In this document: one piece after another, positions 21,011-31,076 of the stretch
How positions within the stretch are numbered: the first letter of the stretch is position 1
Layout: the number at the start of each line of letters is the position of its first letter
DNA from: an uncultured Planctomycetaceae bacterium
GTDB lineage: Bacteria > Planctomycetota > Planctomycetia > Pirellulales > PALSA-1355
DNA length: 64,000 nt
NCBI GenBank assembly: GCA_963702015.1
Contig: OY969698.1
Coordinates: forward strand, 1,958,839 to 2,022,838
Direction of reading: 5' to 3'
Position numbers and translations under genes: made by a program
The notes under the pieces: model-generated
Told to the model about the DNA's origin: nothing
The model's input: only the letters and a program-made list of their open reading frames with translations
Database searches by the model: none

Positions 21011-21904
21011 ATGTGCGGCATTGTGGGACTTTTGATCAAGCGACCCGAGCAGCGTCACCTGCTGGGCGAGTGGATTGCGCCGATGCTCGTGTGCATGGGC
21101 GCGCGTGGCCCCGACTCGGCTGGGCTGGCCACGTTCACGCCTCCGACGGGCGACTCATTTCGCTTGAGCTTGTTCGCCCACGACGAAGAATTTTCCTGGA
21201 ATGCTTTGGCCGACAAGCTCACCAAAGCCGGATTCGCGATTCACGTCCACCAGGCGCGCGGGCGGCACGCCGTCTTCGGTGCGCACGCCCGACACGCCGA
21301 TTTGAAAAACTGGCTGTCGACCCACGCCCCGCCGGTTCACATTCTCTCGGCCGGGCATTCCATCGAAGTTTACAAAGACGAAGGAACGCCAGCCGAGCTC
21401 AGCGAGCGTTACCAATTCGCGAAATTGACCGGCAGCCATGCCGTGGGGCACACGCGCATGGCCACCGAATCGGCCGTCTCGCCCTTGCACGCTCATCCCT
21501 TTACGGCGGGTTCCGATTTCTGTCTGGTCCATAACGGCTCGCTCTCGAATCATCACAGTTTGCGGCGGATGCTCGAGCGTCGGGGAGTTCTTTTCGAGAC
21601 CGACAACGATACGGAGGCCGCCTGTCGCTTTCTGGAATGGCGGATGCGCGAGGGTGACGATCTGGAGACGGCGCTCGAACAGGCGTTTGTCGAACTCGAC
21701 GGTTTTTACACGCTGCTGATGGCGACGGCCGACAAGCTGGTGCTGGCGCGCGACGCCTTTGCCTGCAAGCCCGCCGTGGTGGCCGAAACCGATGACTATG
21801 TGGCCATCTCGTCGGAGTTTCGCGGACTTGCCGGGTTGCCTGGCGTCCGTCACGCTCGACTCTTCGAGCCGATGCCGCAGGAGATTTATTCATGGAGCGT
21901 CTGA
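21011..21904 (+). CDS. class II glutamine amidotransferase (MgsA/GlxB-like)
   Basis: N-terminal MCGIVG nucleophile motif; 297 aa. Confidence 0.8.
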   Translation: MCGIVGLLIKRPEQRHLLGEWIAPMLVCMGARGPDSAGLATFTPPTGDSFRLSLFAHDEEFSWNALADKLTKAGFAIHVHQARGRHAVFGAHARHADLKNWLSTHAPPVHILSAGHSIEVYKDEGTPAELSERYQFAKLTGSHAVGHTRMATESAVSPLHAHPFTAGSDFCLVHNGSLSNHHSLRRMLERRGVLFETDNDTEAACRFLEWRMREGDDLETALEQAFVELDGFYTLLMATADKLVLARDAFACKPAVVAETDDYVAISSEFRGLAGLPGVRHARLFEPMPQEIYSWSV

Positions 21905-22620
21905 TCCCCGCACCCTCGGAGACTTCTCATGCCCGGCCGCTCGAGTTGGACGTCATCCGGCTGGGCGTGCGTGGCGTCAATCGCGCTTTGCATCGCCCGC
22001 TGGCCGAGATCGGCAGTCGCGAGTTGCGCATTCTGAACGCCTGCGGCGAACATAATCTGGCCGTGGGACTGACCCAGCCGATCGATGTCCACATCGAAGG
22101 CCACGCCGGTTACTACATCGGCGGCATGAATCAGCTCGCCTCGATCACCGTGCACGGCAACGTCGGTTGGGGAGTCGGCGAGAACGCGATGTCGGGCATG
22201 ATCCGCGTGAAGGGATGCGCGTCGGAAGGGGTTGGGGCCTCGGCCCACGGCGGGCTCGTCGTGGTCGAAGGCGACACCTCCAGCCGCTGCGGCATCTCAC
22301 TGAAAGGTGCCGATATCGTAATCGGCGGGAGCGTGGGACACGCCTCGGCCTTTATGGCGCAAGCCGGCCGTCTGATCATCTGCGGCGATGCCGGCCACGG
22401 ACTGGGCGACTCGCTGTACGAGGCGGTGATTTACGTGCGCGGCGAAATCAAGAGCTTGGGCGCCGACGCCCGCGAAGAGCCGCTGGGTGAATCCGACATC
22501 GCAGCATTGACCGAGCTTTTGGCTCGGGCGCAGTTCGACGCCCGTCCGCGCGATTTTCGCCGCGTCGCCTCCGCGCGCTCGCTTTATCATTGGAACAGCG
22601 ACCATCGGCAGGAGTATTGA
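21892..22620 (+). CDS. GXGXG-motif protein (MgsB/GlxC-like; glutamate synthase alpha C-terminal-domain family)
   Basis: Repeated glycine-rich beta-helix motifs (VHGNVGWGVGENAMSGMIRVKG..., IGGSVGHASAF...); start overlaps the upstream gene. Confidence 0.8.
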   Translation: MERLIPAPSETSHARPLELDVIRLGVRGVNRALHRPLAEIGSRELRILNACGEHNLAVGLTQPIDVHIEGHAGYYIGGMNQLASITVHGNVGWGVGENAMSGMIRVKGCASEGVGASAHGGLVVVEGDTSSRCGISLKGADIVIGGSVGHASAFMAQAGRLIICGDAGHGLGDSLYEAVIYVRGEIKSLGADAREEPLGESDIAALTELLARAQFDARPRDFRRVASARSLYHWNSDHRQEY

Positions 22621-22624
22621 CGAC

Positions 22625-23995
22625 ATGCCGCTCGAACAAGAGCCTCTCTCGCCGGCACAGGCCGCGGCGCTGGAAGAAAGCGCCACATTCAATCGCGGCA
22701 CGATCTCTTATGTGCATCAGGCCGCCGAGCGTGGTTTGTACGATATCCGCGGACTGGGAGCCAAAAGACGCGTCCCCTCGTTCGACGACCTGGTCTTTCT
22801 GACCGCGTCGGCTTCGCGCTATCCGCTCGAGGGATATCGCGAAAGTTGCGTTACCGAAACGATTTTGGGCGCCCGATGCGCCGAGCGGCCGGTGCGACTG
22901 GCCGTGCCGATCACGATCGCAGGCATGAGCTTCGGCGCGCTGTCGGCCAACGCCAAGGAAGCGATCGGCCGAGCTGCAACGGCGCTCGGCACGTCGACCA
23001 CGACAGGCGACGGCGGCATGACGCCCGAGGAACGCCGCTCGAGCAAAACCCTGGTCTATCAGTGCCTGCCATCCCGTTATGGATTCAATCCCGACGACTT
23101 ACGGCAGGCCGACGCGATCGAAATCGTGATCGGGCAGGGGGCCAAGCCAGGGGGCGGAGGCATGCTGCTGGGTCAAAAAATCAGCCCACGCGTGGCCGAG
23201 ATGCGCACGCTTCCCGAAGGGATCGACCAGCGCAGCGCCTGCCGCCATCCCGATTGGACCGGGCCCGACGACTTGAAGATCAAGATCGAAGAGTTGCGCG
23301 AGATCACCGATTGGAAAGTGCCGGTCTACGTCAAGATGGGAGCCACTCGCGTGCGCGACGACGTGAAGCTGGCCGTTAAGGCTGGAGCCGACGTGGTCGT
23401 GATCGACGGCATGCAAGGAGGGACCGCCGCGACGCAACAGGTGTTTATCGAACATGCCGGCATTCCCACGCTGCCGGCGGTGCGGCTGGCGGTCGAAGCG
23501 CTCGAAGAATTGAACGTGGTTGGTGAGGTGCAATTGATCGTGTCGGGTGGCATTCGCACGGGCGCCGACGTGGCCAAGGCGCTGGCCTTGGGCGCCGACG
23601 CGGTAGCGATCGGACAAGGCGTGCTGTTTGCGCTCGGTTGCAATCGACCCACCTGGCGAGAGGGGGATCGCGAGCTCGACGCCACGGCCGACTATGCCCG
23701 GCTTGGAGCCGCGCCGGGCTGCTGCCATCACTGTCACACCGGCCTTTGTCCCGTCGGCATTACGACGCAAACGCCGGCGCTCGAGCGCCGTCTCACGCCC
23801 GAGCAGGGGGCGCGCTGGCTGGAAAACTACTTGCGGGTGCTGACCATGGAACTGACCACGCTGGCCCGGGCCTGCGGCAAATCGAATGTGCATCACCTGG
23901 AACGCGAAGACCTGGTTGCCTTGACGGTCGAAGCCGCCGCCATGGCGAAGCTACCGTTGGCCGGCACCGATTGGATTCCTGGCGTGACACCCTAA
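22625..23995 (+). CDS. FMN-dependent glutamate synthase-family protein (MgsC/GlxD-like)
   Basis: Glutamate-synthase central FMN-domain signatures (VIGQGAKPGGGGMLLG, VVIDGMQGGTAATQ, IVSGGIRTGADVAKALALGADAV); 456 aa. Confidence 0.8.
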   Translation: MPLEQEPLSPAQAAALEESATFNRGTISYVHQAAERGLYDIRGLGAKRRVPSFDDLVFLTASASRYPLEGYRESCVTETILGARCAERPVRLAVPITIAGMSFGALSANAKEAIGRAATALGTSTTTGDGGMTPEERRSSKTLVYQCLPSRYGFNPDDLRQADAIEIVIGQGAKPGGGGMLLGQKISPRVAEMRTLPEGIDQRSACRHPDWTGPDDLKIKIEELREITDWKVPVYVKMGATRVRDDVKLAVKAGADVVVIDGMQGGTAATQQVFIEHAGIPTLPAVRLAVEALEELNVVGEVQLIVSGGIRTGADVAKALALGADAVAIGQGVLFALGCNRPTWREGDRELDATADYARLGAAPGCCHHCHTGLCPVGITTQTPALERRLTPEQGARWLENYLRVLTMELTTLARACGKSNVHHLEREDLVALTVEAAAMAKLPLAGTDWIPGVTP

Positions 23996-24005
23996 AGCAG
24001 GCGCG

Positions 24006-25136
24006 ATGGAAAAACCGTTCGACGTGATCGTGATCGGCGTTGGCACGATGGGGGCAGCCGCCTGCTATCATCTGGCCCGGCGCGGAGTGCGCGTGCTGGG
24101 ACTCGAAAAATTCGACGTGCCGCACAACCACGGTTCTGGACACGGCTTTTCGCGTATGATCCGCCTCGCCTATCACGAACATTCCGATTATGTGCCGCTG
24201 CTGCGGCGGGCGTACCAGCTTTGGTACGAAGCGGAACACACCAGCGGCCAGAAACTGCTCTACGTCACCGGTGGGCTGTATGCCGGCGCGGCGACCAGCG
24301 AGCGGTTGGCCCGCACTCGGCTGGCGGCCGAGCGATTTGACCTGCCCTTTGAGCATCTCGATCTTTCAGAGATTCGGCATCGGTTTCCACAGTTCCATTT
24401 GCCCGACGACTTTGCGGCCATTTACGAGCCCGAGGCTGGCTTCGTCAAGCCGGAGTTGGCGATTGCCACGCACGTGCGGCTGGCGCTGCTGGCCGGCGCC
24501 GAGATTCACACGCAGGAGTCGGTCAGCCATTGGCAGGCCGACCAGCACGGCGCGAGCGTCGTAACCCCTCGGGCGTCCTATCATGCCGATCGGCTCGTCT
24601 TCGTCGGCGGCGCGTGGAGTGGCAAGCTGCTGAGTGACTTGGGCGTGCAGCTCAACGTCACGCGGCAAACTGCTGGCTGGACGTGGCCGCGCCGGCCCGA
24701 ACTGTTCGAGTTGGGCCGTTTTCCGGTCTGGTCGATCGCCCAGGCCGACGGCTCGAGCAATTACGGCTTTCCGATGTTGCCCGACAATCCAGGGTTCAAG
24801 ACCGGGCATCATTGGCGTTCGCAACCGATCGATCCCGACACGGTCGAGCGCGGCGTTTTGCCCGGCGATGAGGAAGATTTTCGCTACCCGATCGAGCGGT
24901 TCATCCCCGATGCCGCAGGGCCCACGTTGGCGGTGCGGACCTGTCTTTACACGAATTCGCCGGATGCAAACTTCATCATCGATCACCATCCGCGACATCC
25001 GCGCGTCACACTGGCCTGCGGTTTCAGCGGCCACGGCTTCAAGTTCATGCCGGTGATCGGCGAAATCTTGAGTCAACTGGCAATGGGCGAGCAGTCCGCG
25101 CTGCCGATCGAATTTTTGAGCCTGAAGCGGTTCTGA
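24006..25136 (+). CDS. monomeric sarcosine oxidase / N-methyl-L-tryptophan oxidase-like FAD-dependent oxidase
   Basis: N-terminal FAD Rossmann VIVIGVGTMGAAACYHLA; ~376 aa, the size of MSOX/MTOX. Last gene of the operon. Confidence 0.7.
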   Translation: MEKPFDVIVIGVGTMGAAACYHLARRGVRVLGLEKFDVPHNHGSGHGFSRMIRLAYHEHSDYVPLLRRAYQLWYEAEHTSGQKLLYVTGGLYAGAATSERLARTRLAAERFDLPFEHLDLSEIRHRFPQFHLPDDFAAIYEPEAGFVKPELAIATHVRLALLAGAEIHTQESVSHWQADQHGASVVTPRASYHADRLVFVGGAWSGKLLSDLGVQLNVTRQTAGWTWPRRPELFELGRFPVWSIAQADGSSNYGFPMLPDNPGFKTGHHWRSQPIDPDTVERGVLPGDEEDFRYPIERFIPDAAGPTLAVRTCLYTNSPDANFIIDHHPRHPRVTLACGFSGHGFKFMPVIGEILSQLAMGEQSALPIEFLSLKRF

Positions 25137-25230
25137 GCGGTGCCTGCGAGAACCGACTGCGGCGATCGCAGGCGCGGCGCCCCGTTTCGGCCGCCACTTT
25201 TCGGGGCCCTACACCGTACGACGGCTCGGC

Positions 25231-26685
25231 TCACGCCAAAATCGGCGTGACGACTTTCCCCTCGACGTCGGTCAGTCGAAAGTCGCGGCCCTGGAAGCGG
25301 AAGGTCAGACGGGTGTGATCGATGCCCAGACAATGCAAGATCGTGGCATTGAGATCGTGGATGTGAACCGGCTGATCGACGATGTTGTAACTGAAATCAT
25401 CCGTCACGCCATGGACGAATCCCGGCTTGATGCCGCCACCGGCCAGCCACATGCTGAAGCAACGGCCATGGTGGTCGCGTCCGTAGTCGTCTTGCAGCCC
25501 GCCCTGCCCATAAACGGTGCGGCCGAATTCCCCTCCCCAGACAATCAGCGTGTCGTCGAGCAGTCCGCGCTGTTTGAGATCAGTGATCAGCGCGGCCTGC
25601 GGTTGATCGACGTCGCGGCATTGCAGCGGAATGTTGCTGGGCAGCGTGCCGTGATTGTCCCAACCGCGGTGATAGAGCTGGATGAATCGCACCCCACGCT
25701 CGACCAGCCTCCGAGCCAGCAGGCAATTGGCGGCGAACGTGCCGGGCCGGCTCACGTCGGGCCCATACAGATCGAGCACGGCGGGGGATTCGTGGGAAAA
25801 ATCGATCAGCTCGGGAACCGACGTCTGCATGCGATAAGCCAACTCGAACTGCGCGATCCGGGTGACGATTTCAGGATCGCCGGTCTCGTCGAACTGTCGC
25901 TGGTTCAATTGCGCCAGCCGATCGAGCATCTGCCGCCGCAAGCCGCGATCGATGCCCGCGGGATCGGACAGATAGAGCACGGCGTCGCCGCCGCTGCGGA
26001 GTTTGACTCCCTGATGGTTGGAGGGCAAAAAGCCGCTGCCCCAGAGTCGCTCCAATAATCCCTGGTTGCTATCCTTGCCGGATCCTTGCGAGATCATGAC
26101 CACGAACGTCGGCAGGTCGGCGTTGGTGCTGCCCAAGCCGTAGGATAGCCAGGCACCCAGCGAGGGGCGGCCGGGCTGTTGCGAGCCGGTCTGGATGAAC
26201 GTGATCGCCGGATCGTGATTGATGGCCTCGGTGTGCATCGACCGCACCAGGCACATGTCATCGACCACTTTGGCCGTGTGGGGCAAAAGCTCGCTCACGC
26301 TCATGCCGCATTGGCCGTGCTGGGCGAATTTGAATTTCGACCCGATCAGCGGAAAGCTCTTCTGACCCGAGGTCATGCCGGTCAACCGCTGGCCCATGCG
26401 GATCGACTCGGGCAACTCGCTGCCATGTTTTTCGCGAACGAGCGGCTTGTCGTCGAACATCTCGAGCTGCGAAGGGCCGCCCGATTGGAACAGATAGATC
26501 ACCCGTTTGGCCTTGGGCGCAAAGTGCGGCAACGCCGCCGGACCGCCGGAAGTCGCGGTCGTTTCGGCCGTCGCCTGATCGCCCAGCAACGAAGCCAGCG
26601 CCGCAGCGCCCAGGCCAGTGGCCGTGCTACCGAGAAAATGCCGCCGCGTGAGCAGCCGGCTGAATTCAATCCGTGGATCCATCAC
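25231..26685 (-). CDS. DUF1501 domain protein (sulfatase-like, Tat signal)
   Basis: Twin-arginine leader [11 protein letters not shown]. Paired downstream of a DUF1549/DUF1553 gene, as is usual in Planctomycetota. Confidence 0.8.
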   Translation of the reverse strand: MMDPRIEFSRLLTRRHFLGSTATGLGAAALASLLGDQATAETTATSGGPAALPHFAPKAKRVIYLFQSGGPSQLEMFDDKPLVREKHGSELPESIRMGQRLTGMTSGQKSFPLIGSKFKFAQHGQCGMSVSELLPHTAKVVDDMCLVRSMHTEAINHDPAITFIQTGSQQPGRPSLGAWLSYGLGSTNADLPTFVVMISQGSGKDSNQGLLERLWGSGFLPSNHQGVKLRSGGDAVLYLSDPAGIDRGLRRQMLDRLAQLNQRQFDETGDPEIVTRIAQFELAYRMQTSVPELIDFSHESPAVLDLYGPDVSRPGTFAANCLLARRLVERGVRFIQLYHRGWDNHGTLPSNIPLQCRDVDQPQAALITDLKQRGLLDDTLIVWGGEFGRTVYGQGGLQDDYGRDHHGRCFSMWLAGGGIKPGFVHGVTDDFSYNIVDQPVHIHDLNATILHCLGIDHTRLTFRFQGRDFRLTDVEGKVVTPILA

Positions 26686-26697
26686 GCACCTTTTTGG

Positions 26698-29600
26698 CTA
26701 TTCCTTGGTGATCGTTTCGTCCAGGTTCAAAATCACGCTGCCGACCACCGTCCAAGCGGCCAACTCGGCCGGATCGAGCGACGGATCGACGGCCGACGCT
26801 CCGACATGCAGCAGCTCCTGGGCCTGCGCCGGCGCTGCGCGAAAACGCTCCGTCGTCTCGGCCAACAGCGGCAACAACGCCTCGCTGTCGCCGGCACGGG
26901 CCGGCCGGGCTGCCGCCAGGAGAAACGCAAAGTCGAGCCGGCTGGCCGGCGTCTCGCCCCCGGCGGTCAGCACTCGTTCGGCGAGCTTGCGCGCGGCTTC
27001 GACATAGGTCGGATCGTTCATCAACACCAGCGACTGCAGCGGAGTGTTGGTGCGGGCACGGCGGATCAAACAGGTTTCGCGATCGGGCGCGTCGAAAGTC
27101 GCCAGGCTTGGCGGCGGGCAGGTACGCTTCCAAAAAGTGTAGAAGCTGCGCCGGTAAAGATTCGCACCGGTCTCCTTCTTATAAACGGCGCTGTGTTCGA
27201 CCGAAACATCTTGCCACAAGCCGTCGGGTTGATAGGGATAGACGCTGGGACCGCCGATCTCCCAGGCCAACAGCCCACTGATTGCCAAGGCATTGTCGCG
27301 GACCATTTCAGCCGGCAGGCGAAACCGTGCACCGCGCGCCAGCAGTAAATTTTTGGGATCGTGCTCGCGGGCGGTGGCGCTGGCGCTGGACGACTGTCGA
27401 TAGGTCGCCGACATCACGATCAATTTCTGCAAAGCGCGGTAATCCCAACCGCCGCTGACAAACTCGCGCGAGAGCCAATCGAGCAGTTCGGGGTGGGTCG
27501 GCCACGCGCCCTGCGAACCAAAATCTTCGACCGTTTCGACGATCCCATTGCCGAAATACATCTGCCAGCAGCGATTCACGGCCACCCGGGCCGTTAGCGG
27601 ATGAGCGGGATCGGTCAACCAGCGGGCCACGCCCAGCCGGTTCGCCGGCGCACCGACCGGCAACGGCGGCAGCACAGCCGGCAGGTGCGGGGCAACAGGC
27701 TCGCCCGGCTGATCGTATTGTCCTCGCTTGAGCAGAAAGGCCTGCCGGGGGGGCGACATCTCTTGCATCACCATGGTGGCCGGCGGCGGCGCCGCCAGCG
27801 CCATCTTCAATCGCTTCAAGTCGTCGGCAATCGCGCGGTGCGGAGCGTCGAACTTCGCCAGATAATACTGCCGCACGTGCTCCTGCTGCTCGGCGGTTTG
27901 TTCGGCCGCCGGTTGGACGATGATCTGACGCACGTCAGCCAAGGCCTGTTCGGCGGCGAGTTGCTTCACGCCATCGGCATTCAAAGCGGTCGAATAAAAC
28001 GCCAGATCGGCGATGCGGCCGATGAACGGTTCCGTGGTCGTGCGGCGGCCAATTCGCAATGGTTGATCGGTCGCGATCGAGCCTTGCAGCTTGTCGTTGA
28101 CCGTTTCGACGGCCACCGACGTGCCGTCGACGAAAAACGTAAAGCCCGACGCGTGGCCGGAGCCGTTGTAACTGACCACGACATGATGCCAAGCGCCGAG
28201 TGTGACGGGAGTCGCTATCACCTTCAGGCCATCCTCGGGCCAACGATGAATCAGATGCATGGCTGGCCGGCCCTGCTCGACGATCAAATCGAAGCCGCGA
28301 TAACCGTCGGCCTGATCCATTTTGGACGTGACCGTGCTTGCCTCGAGCGAGGTGGGATAGATCCAGACGCTGATCGAAAATGGCTGCGCTCCATCTAACG
28401 ACACCGCGTCGCCCAATTCGACGTAGGTCTGGCCGTCGAATTCCAGTGCTTTGCTCCAACGTTTTTCGCCCCACCGCGCTGTCCCAACGACCGGCGCGCT
28501 GCGGCCGGGCTGCACGCGGTCGCTGATCATCTCGCCCGCTCCCTCATCCAGCGGAAAGCTGGCAACGGGCCGGACAGCGGGCTCGGGCAGAGGCGCCGCG
28601 CGGGTGGCGTCTTCCCACGCTTTCAGCGGCTCGGCAATCGCCTGCTCGCGCTCCAGGCGACGCTCTTCCAGATCGGCAATCTGCCGCGAAAGCCGCTCGC
28701 GTAACAGCGCATCCAACGGCGACGCCGCCTGGACCACCGGGGTCGCGGCCGCATTCTGGTTGTAGTTCAGCGGCCCCTCGGGCACGTTGTTGAAGAACGA
28801 AAAGAAACCGTAATACTCGCGCTGCGTCAGCGGATCGAACTTGTGATCGTGACAACGGGCACACTGCATCGACAAACCCAGAAACACGGTGGCAGTGGTA
28901 TGGACGCGATCGGCGACATATTCGACGCGATACTCTTCCGGGATGATTCCCCCTTCCGACGTAATGACGTGATTTCGTCCAAAGGCGGTCGCCAATTGCT
29001 GCTCGGGCGTAGCCCCCTCCAACAGATCGCCCGCCAGTTGTTCGGTGATGAACTGGTCGTAAGGCATGCCGATGTTGAAGGCGTTGATCACCCAATCGCG
29101 CCAGGCCCATTGGGTGCGCTCGCCATCGTTGTTGTAGCCATGCGTGTCGGCGTAGCGAGCCAGGTCGAGCCAGCTCATCGCCATCCGTTCGGCATAGCGC
29201 GGCGAGGCCAACAGCCGGTCGACCACTTTTTCATAGGCGTCCGCGGAAGTATCGCTTAAAAAAGCGTTGAGCTCGGCGGGCGTGGGTGGGAGCCCGGTCA
29301 GATCGAGCGTCACACGGCGCAGCAGCACGTGGCGATCGGCCTCGGGCGACGGCGCAAGCCCTTCAGCTTCCAGCCGGGCCAGAACAAAGTGGTCGATGCT
29401 GTTGCGGGGCCAGTCGGCCTGCTTGACCTGCGGCAAAGGCTGATCCTTGGGCGGCACAAATGCCCAATGCGGATGATACTCAGCCCCTTCGTCGATCCAT
29501 TGCCGCAAAAGCTGCTTGTCGCGTTCGGAGAGTGATTTGTTGCCGTCGGGCGGCGGCATGACCATATCGGCATCGGTCGACAGAATGCGCCGCACCAGCT

Positions 29601-29850
29601 CGCTCTCTTCGCTCTTGCCGGGCACGATTGCGACATTGCCCGACTCTAAGGCCGCGAGCGCCACCTCGCGCACGTCGAACCGCAGGCCAGCTTGACGCGT
29701 TTCGGCGTCTGGCCCATGACAGCGAAAGCAGACGTTCGACAGAATCGGGCGAATGTACCGCCCATAGTCGATTTGTGCCGGTAGTCCCGGTTCGGCCGCT
29801 TGGGCAGACGCGGCGGAGACGAGCAGAATGATCGCCAGGCGAATCAGCAC
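26698..29850 (-). CDS. PSCyt1/PSCyt2(DUF1549)/PSD1(DUF1553) protein with an internal LamG-like domain
   Basis: 1050 aa. Signal peptide; N-terminal planctomycete cytochrome-c-like region (CFRCHGPD); long DUF1549/DUF1553 architecture. GTG start at 29850 with GGAG 7 nt upstream. Confidence 0.8.
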   Translation of the reverse strand: MLIRLAIILLVSAASAQAAEPGLPAQIDYGRYIRPILSNVCFRCHGPDAETRQAGLRFDVREVALAALESGNVAIVPGKSEESELVRRILSTDADMVMPPPDGNKSLSERDKQLLRQWIDEGAEYHPHWAFVPPKDQPLPQVKQADWPRNSIDHFVLARLEAEGLAPSPEADRHVLLRRVTLDLTGLPPTPAELNAFLSDTSADAYEKVVDRLLASPRYAERMAMSWLDLARYADTHGYNNDGERTQWAWRDWVINAFNIGMPYDQFITEQLAGDLLEGATPEQQLATAFGRNHVITSEGGIIPEEYRVEYVADRVHTTATVFLGLSMQCARCHDHKFDPLTQREYYGFFSFFNNVPEGPLNYNQNAAATPVVQAASPLDALLRERLSRQIADLEERRLEREQAIAEPLKAWEDATRAAPLPEPAVRPVASFPLDEGAGEMISDRVQPGRSAPVVGTARWGEKRWSKALEFDGQTYVELGDAVSLDGAQPFSISVWIYPTSLEASTVTSKMDQADGYRGFDLIVEQGRPAMHLIHRWPEDGLKVIATPVTLGAWHHVVVSYNGSGHASGFTFFVDGTSVAVETVNDKLQGSIATDQPLRIGRRTTTEPFIGRIADLAFYSTALNADGVKQLAAEQALADVRQIIVQPAAEQTAEQQEHVRQYYLAKFDAPHRAIADDLKRLKMALAAPPPATMVMQEMSPPRQAFLLKRGQYDQPGEPVAPHLPAVLPPLPVGAPANRLGVARWLTDPAHPLTARVAVNRCWQMYFGNGIVETVEDFGSQGAWPTHPELLDWLSREFVSGGWDYRALQKLIVMSATYRQSSSASATAREHDPKNLLLARGARFRLPAEMVRDNALAISGLLAWEIGGPSVYPYQPDGLWQDVSVEHSAVYKKETGANLYRRSFYTFWKRTCPPPSLATFDAPDRETCLIRRARTNTPLQSLVLMNDPTYVEAARKLAERVLTAGGETPASRLDFAFLLAAARPARAGDSEALLPLLAETTERFRAAPAQAQELLHVGASAVDPSLDPAELAAWTVVGSVILNLDETITKE

Positions 29851-29851
29851 G

Positions 29852-29962
29852 GCGGACTCCGGATTTGATCAGGCGGGAAGTTCGGGGGTTTTTCGTATCT
29901 CCCAGTATGTCGCCAGCGGACTGGGTCTTGCAATGGTTGGGAGGGAAATGAACCTGTCAAAA
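29852..29962. repeat. direct repeat copy 1 (~111 bp), immediately 5' of the PSCyt gene start
   Basis: gcggactccggatttgatcaggcgggaagttcgggggtttttcgtatctcccagtatgtcgccagcgg...ttgcaatggttgggagggaaatgaacctgtcaaa is ~85% identical to 30785..30892. Confidence 0.8.
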
Positions 29963-30120
29963 TGGGACCTCAGGCAGCCGAGCTAACCCGCATCGATCAA
30001 AGAGCCGCAAGGTGTGTCGTGGCACCTGATGCGATTGTTGCATGCTCCCACAAACGGAGTCAGATCGGTGTCTAAATCAACGAGCCAGACCCGCTTTGAG
30101 AGTTCGCCAAAACGCTCCTC

Positions 30121-30744
30121 TCATTTCGCAGGGTGAACGTTGGTTACCGATACTTGAAAGTACAGGTTTTGGCACCAATCGTCGTGAAGCAACCGGCGAA
30201 TATATTGCCGGAGTCCCTCGTCGGGTGTGATCACGTCACATTTGCTGGACTGGTATTCCAGCAAGATGATCGGCATTTCCTGGCTCATTTCCTGGAGCAC
30301 CGATTCGTTGTTGGACTGCCTGGCGGCATCAGGCCAGACCTGATAGGCAACCGTGACAGGTTTGCCCGCCATTTTGTCATGGTTGAAAAGCAGTCCGAGT
30401 TGATCGGGTCGCCGTCGCTCGTCGCCTTCGACGAGGCCCAGCAACCAATCACAACAATAGGAGCGACACGTTCTAGGCCGCGAGTCGTAGATCGCACAGC
30501 TTCCGCAGTTATGTGGACAAGGCTGATAAGTGGCCTTGTTCAATTCGGCGACTCCCATGACCGTGCAGCAAGCAGTGCAGTCTCCGCATACTCGGTCCGC
30601 GACTCCATGGCGGGCTTGAGTCGCGGCGTTGATCTTGTCAGCATGGGCCGCGACTTCGGCATCGGACAAATTGGATTCCCTGTCACCCCGGCTGCATAAT
30701 TCCGGGGTCTTTGGGCCCGCGTCGATCGATAGGTTTTTGCTCAT
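30121..30744 (-). CDS. YkgJ/UPF0153 family cysteine-rich (zinc/iron-chelating) domain protein
   Basis: Clustered CxxCxxCC motif (CGDCTACC), plus further CPHNCGSCAIYDSRPRTCRSYCCDW. Confidence 0.6.
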   Translation of the reverse strand: MSKNLSIDAGPKTPELCSRGDRESNLSDAEVAAHADKINAATQARHGVADRVCGDCTACCTVMGVAELNKATYQPCPHNCGSCAIYDSRPRTCRSYCCDWLLGLVEGDERRRPDQLGLLFNHDKMAGKPVTVAYQVWPDAARQSNNESVLQEMSQEMPIILLEYQSSKCDVITPDEGLRQYIRRLLHDDWCQNLYFQVSVTNVHPAK

Positions 30745-30784
30745 TCTGATTTCACCCCCTCTCTTTAACTCAGCGACCGAACAG

Positions 30785-30892
30785 CGGACTCCAGTTTGAT
30801 CAGGCGGGAAGTTCGGGGGTTTTTAGTATCTCCTAGTATGTCGCCAGCCGGCCAGGGCTTGCAATGGTCGAGTGGGAAACGATCCTGTCAAA
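30785..30892. repeat. direct repeat copy 2 (~108 bp), upstream of the YkgJ gene
   Basis: Same element as 29852..29962; here it sits ~50 nt further from the start codon. Confidence 0.8.
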
Positions 30893-31076
30893 TCAAGACC
30901 GCAGTGGGGGCCGCCGACATACTGCCAGCCTGGAAAGCAACGAGCGATCTCGCGAGGTTGCTTCTCGCGGGCAACCCCTTACTTTTTCTCTTCGTCTCCC
31001 GCCGGCGAACTGGGCGGGCGATGCGTGGGAACCGGGACGCCCAGTTTTTCGGCGACCAGCAGAGACATCAGAGTGC

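Noticed and set aside
26179-27348. 389-aa plus-strand ORF; similarly 45420..46601 (-), 19757..20383 (-), 21155..21853 (-), 23099..23896 (-)
   Set aside because: All lie antisense to strongly supported genes (DUF1501/PSCyt, glnN, the GmaS-like operon). Long open antisense frames are expected at ~65% GC.
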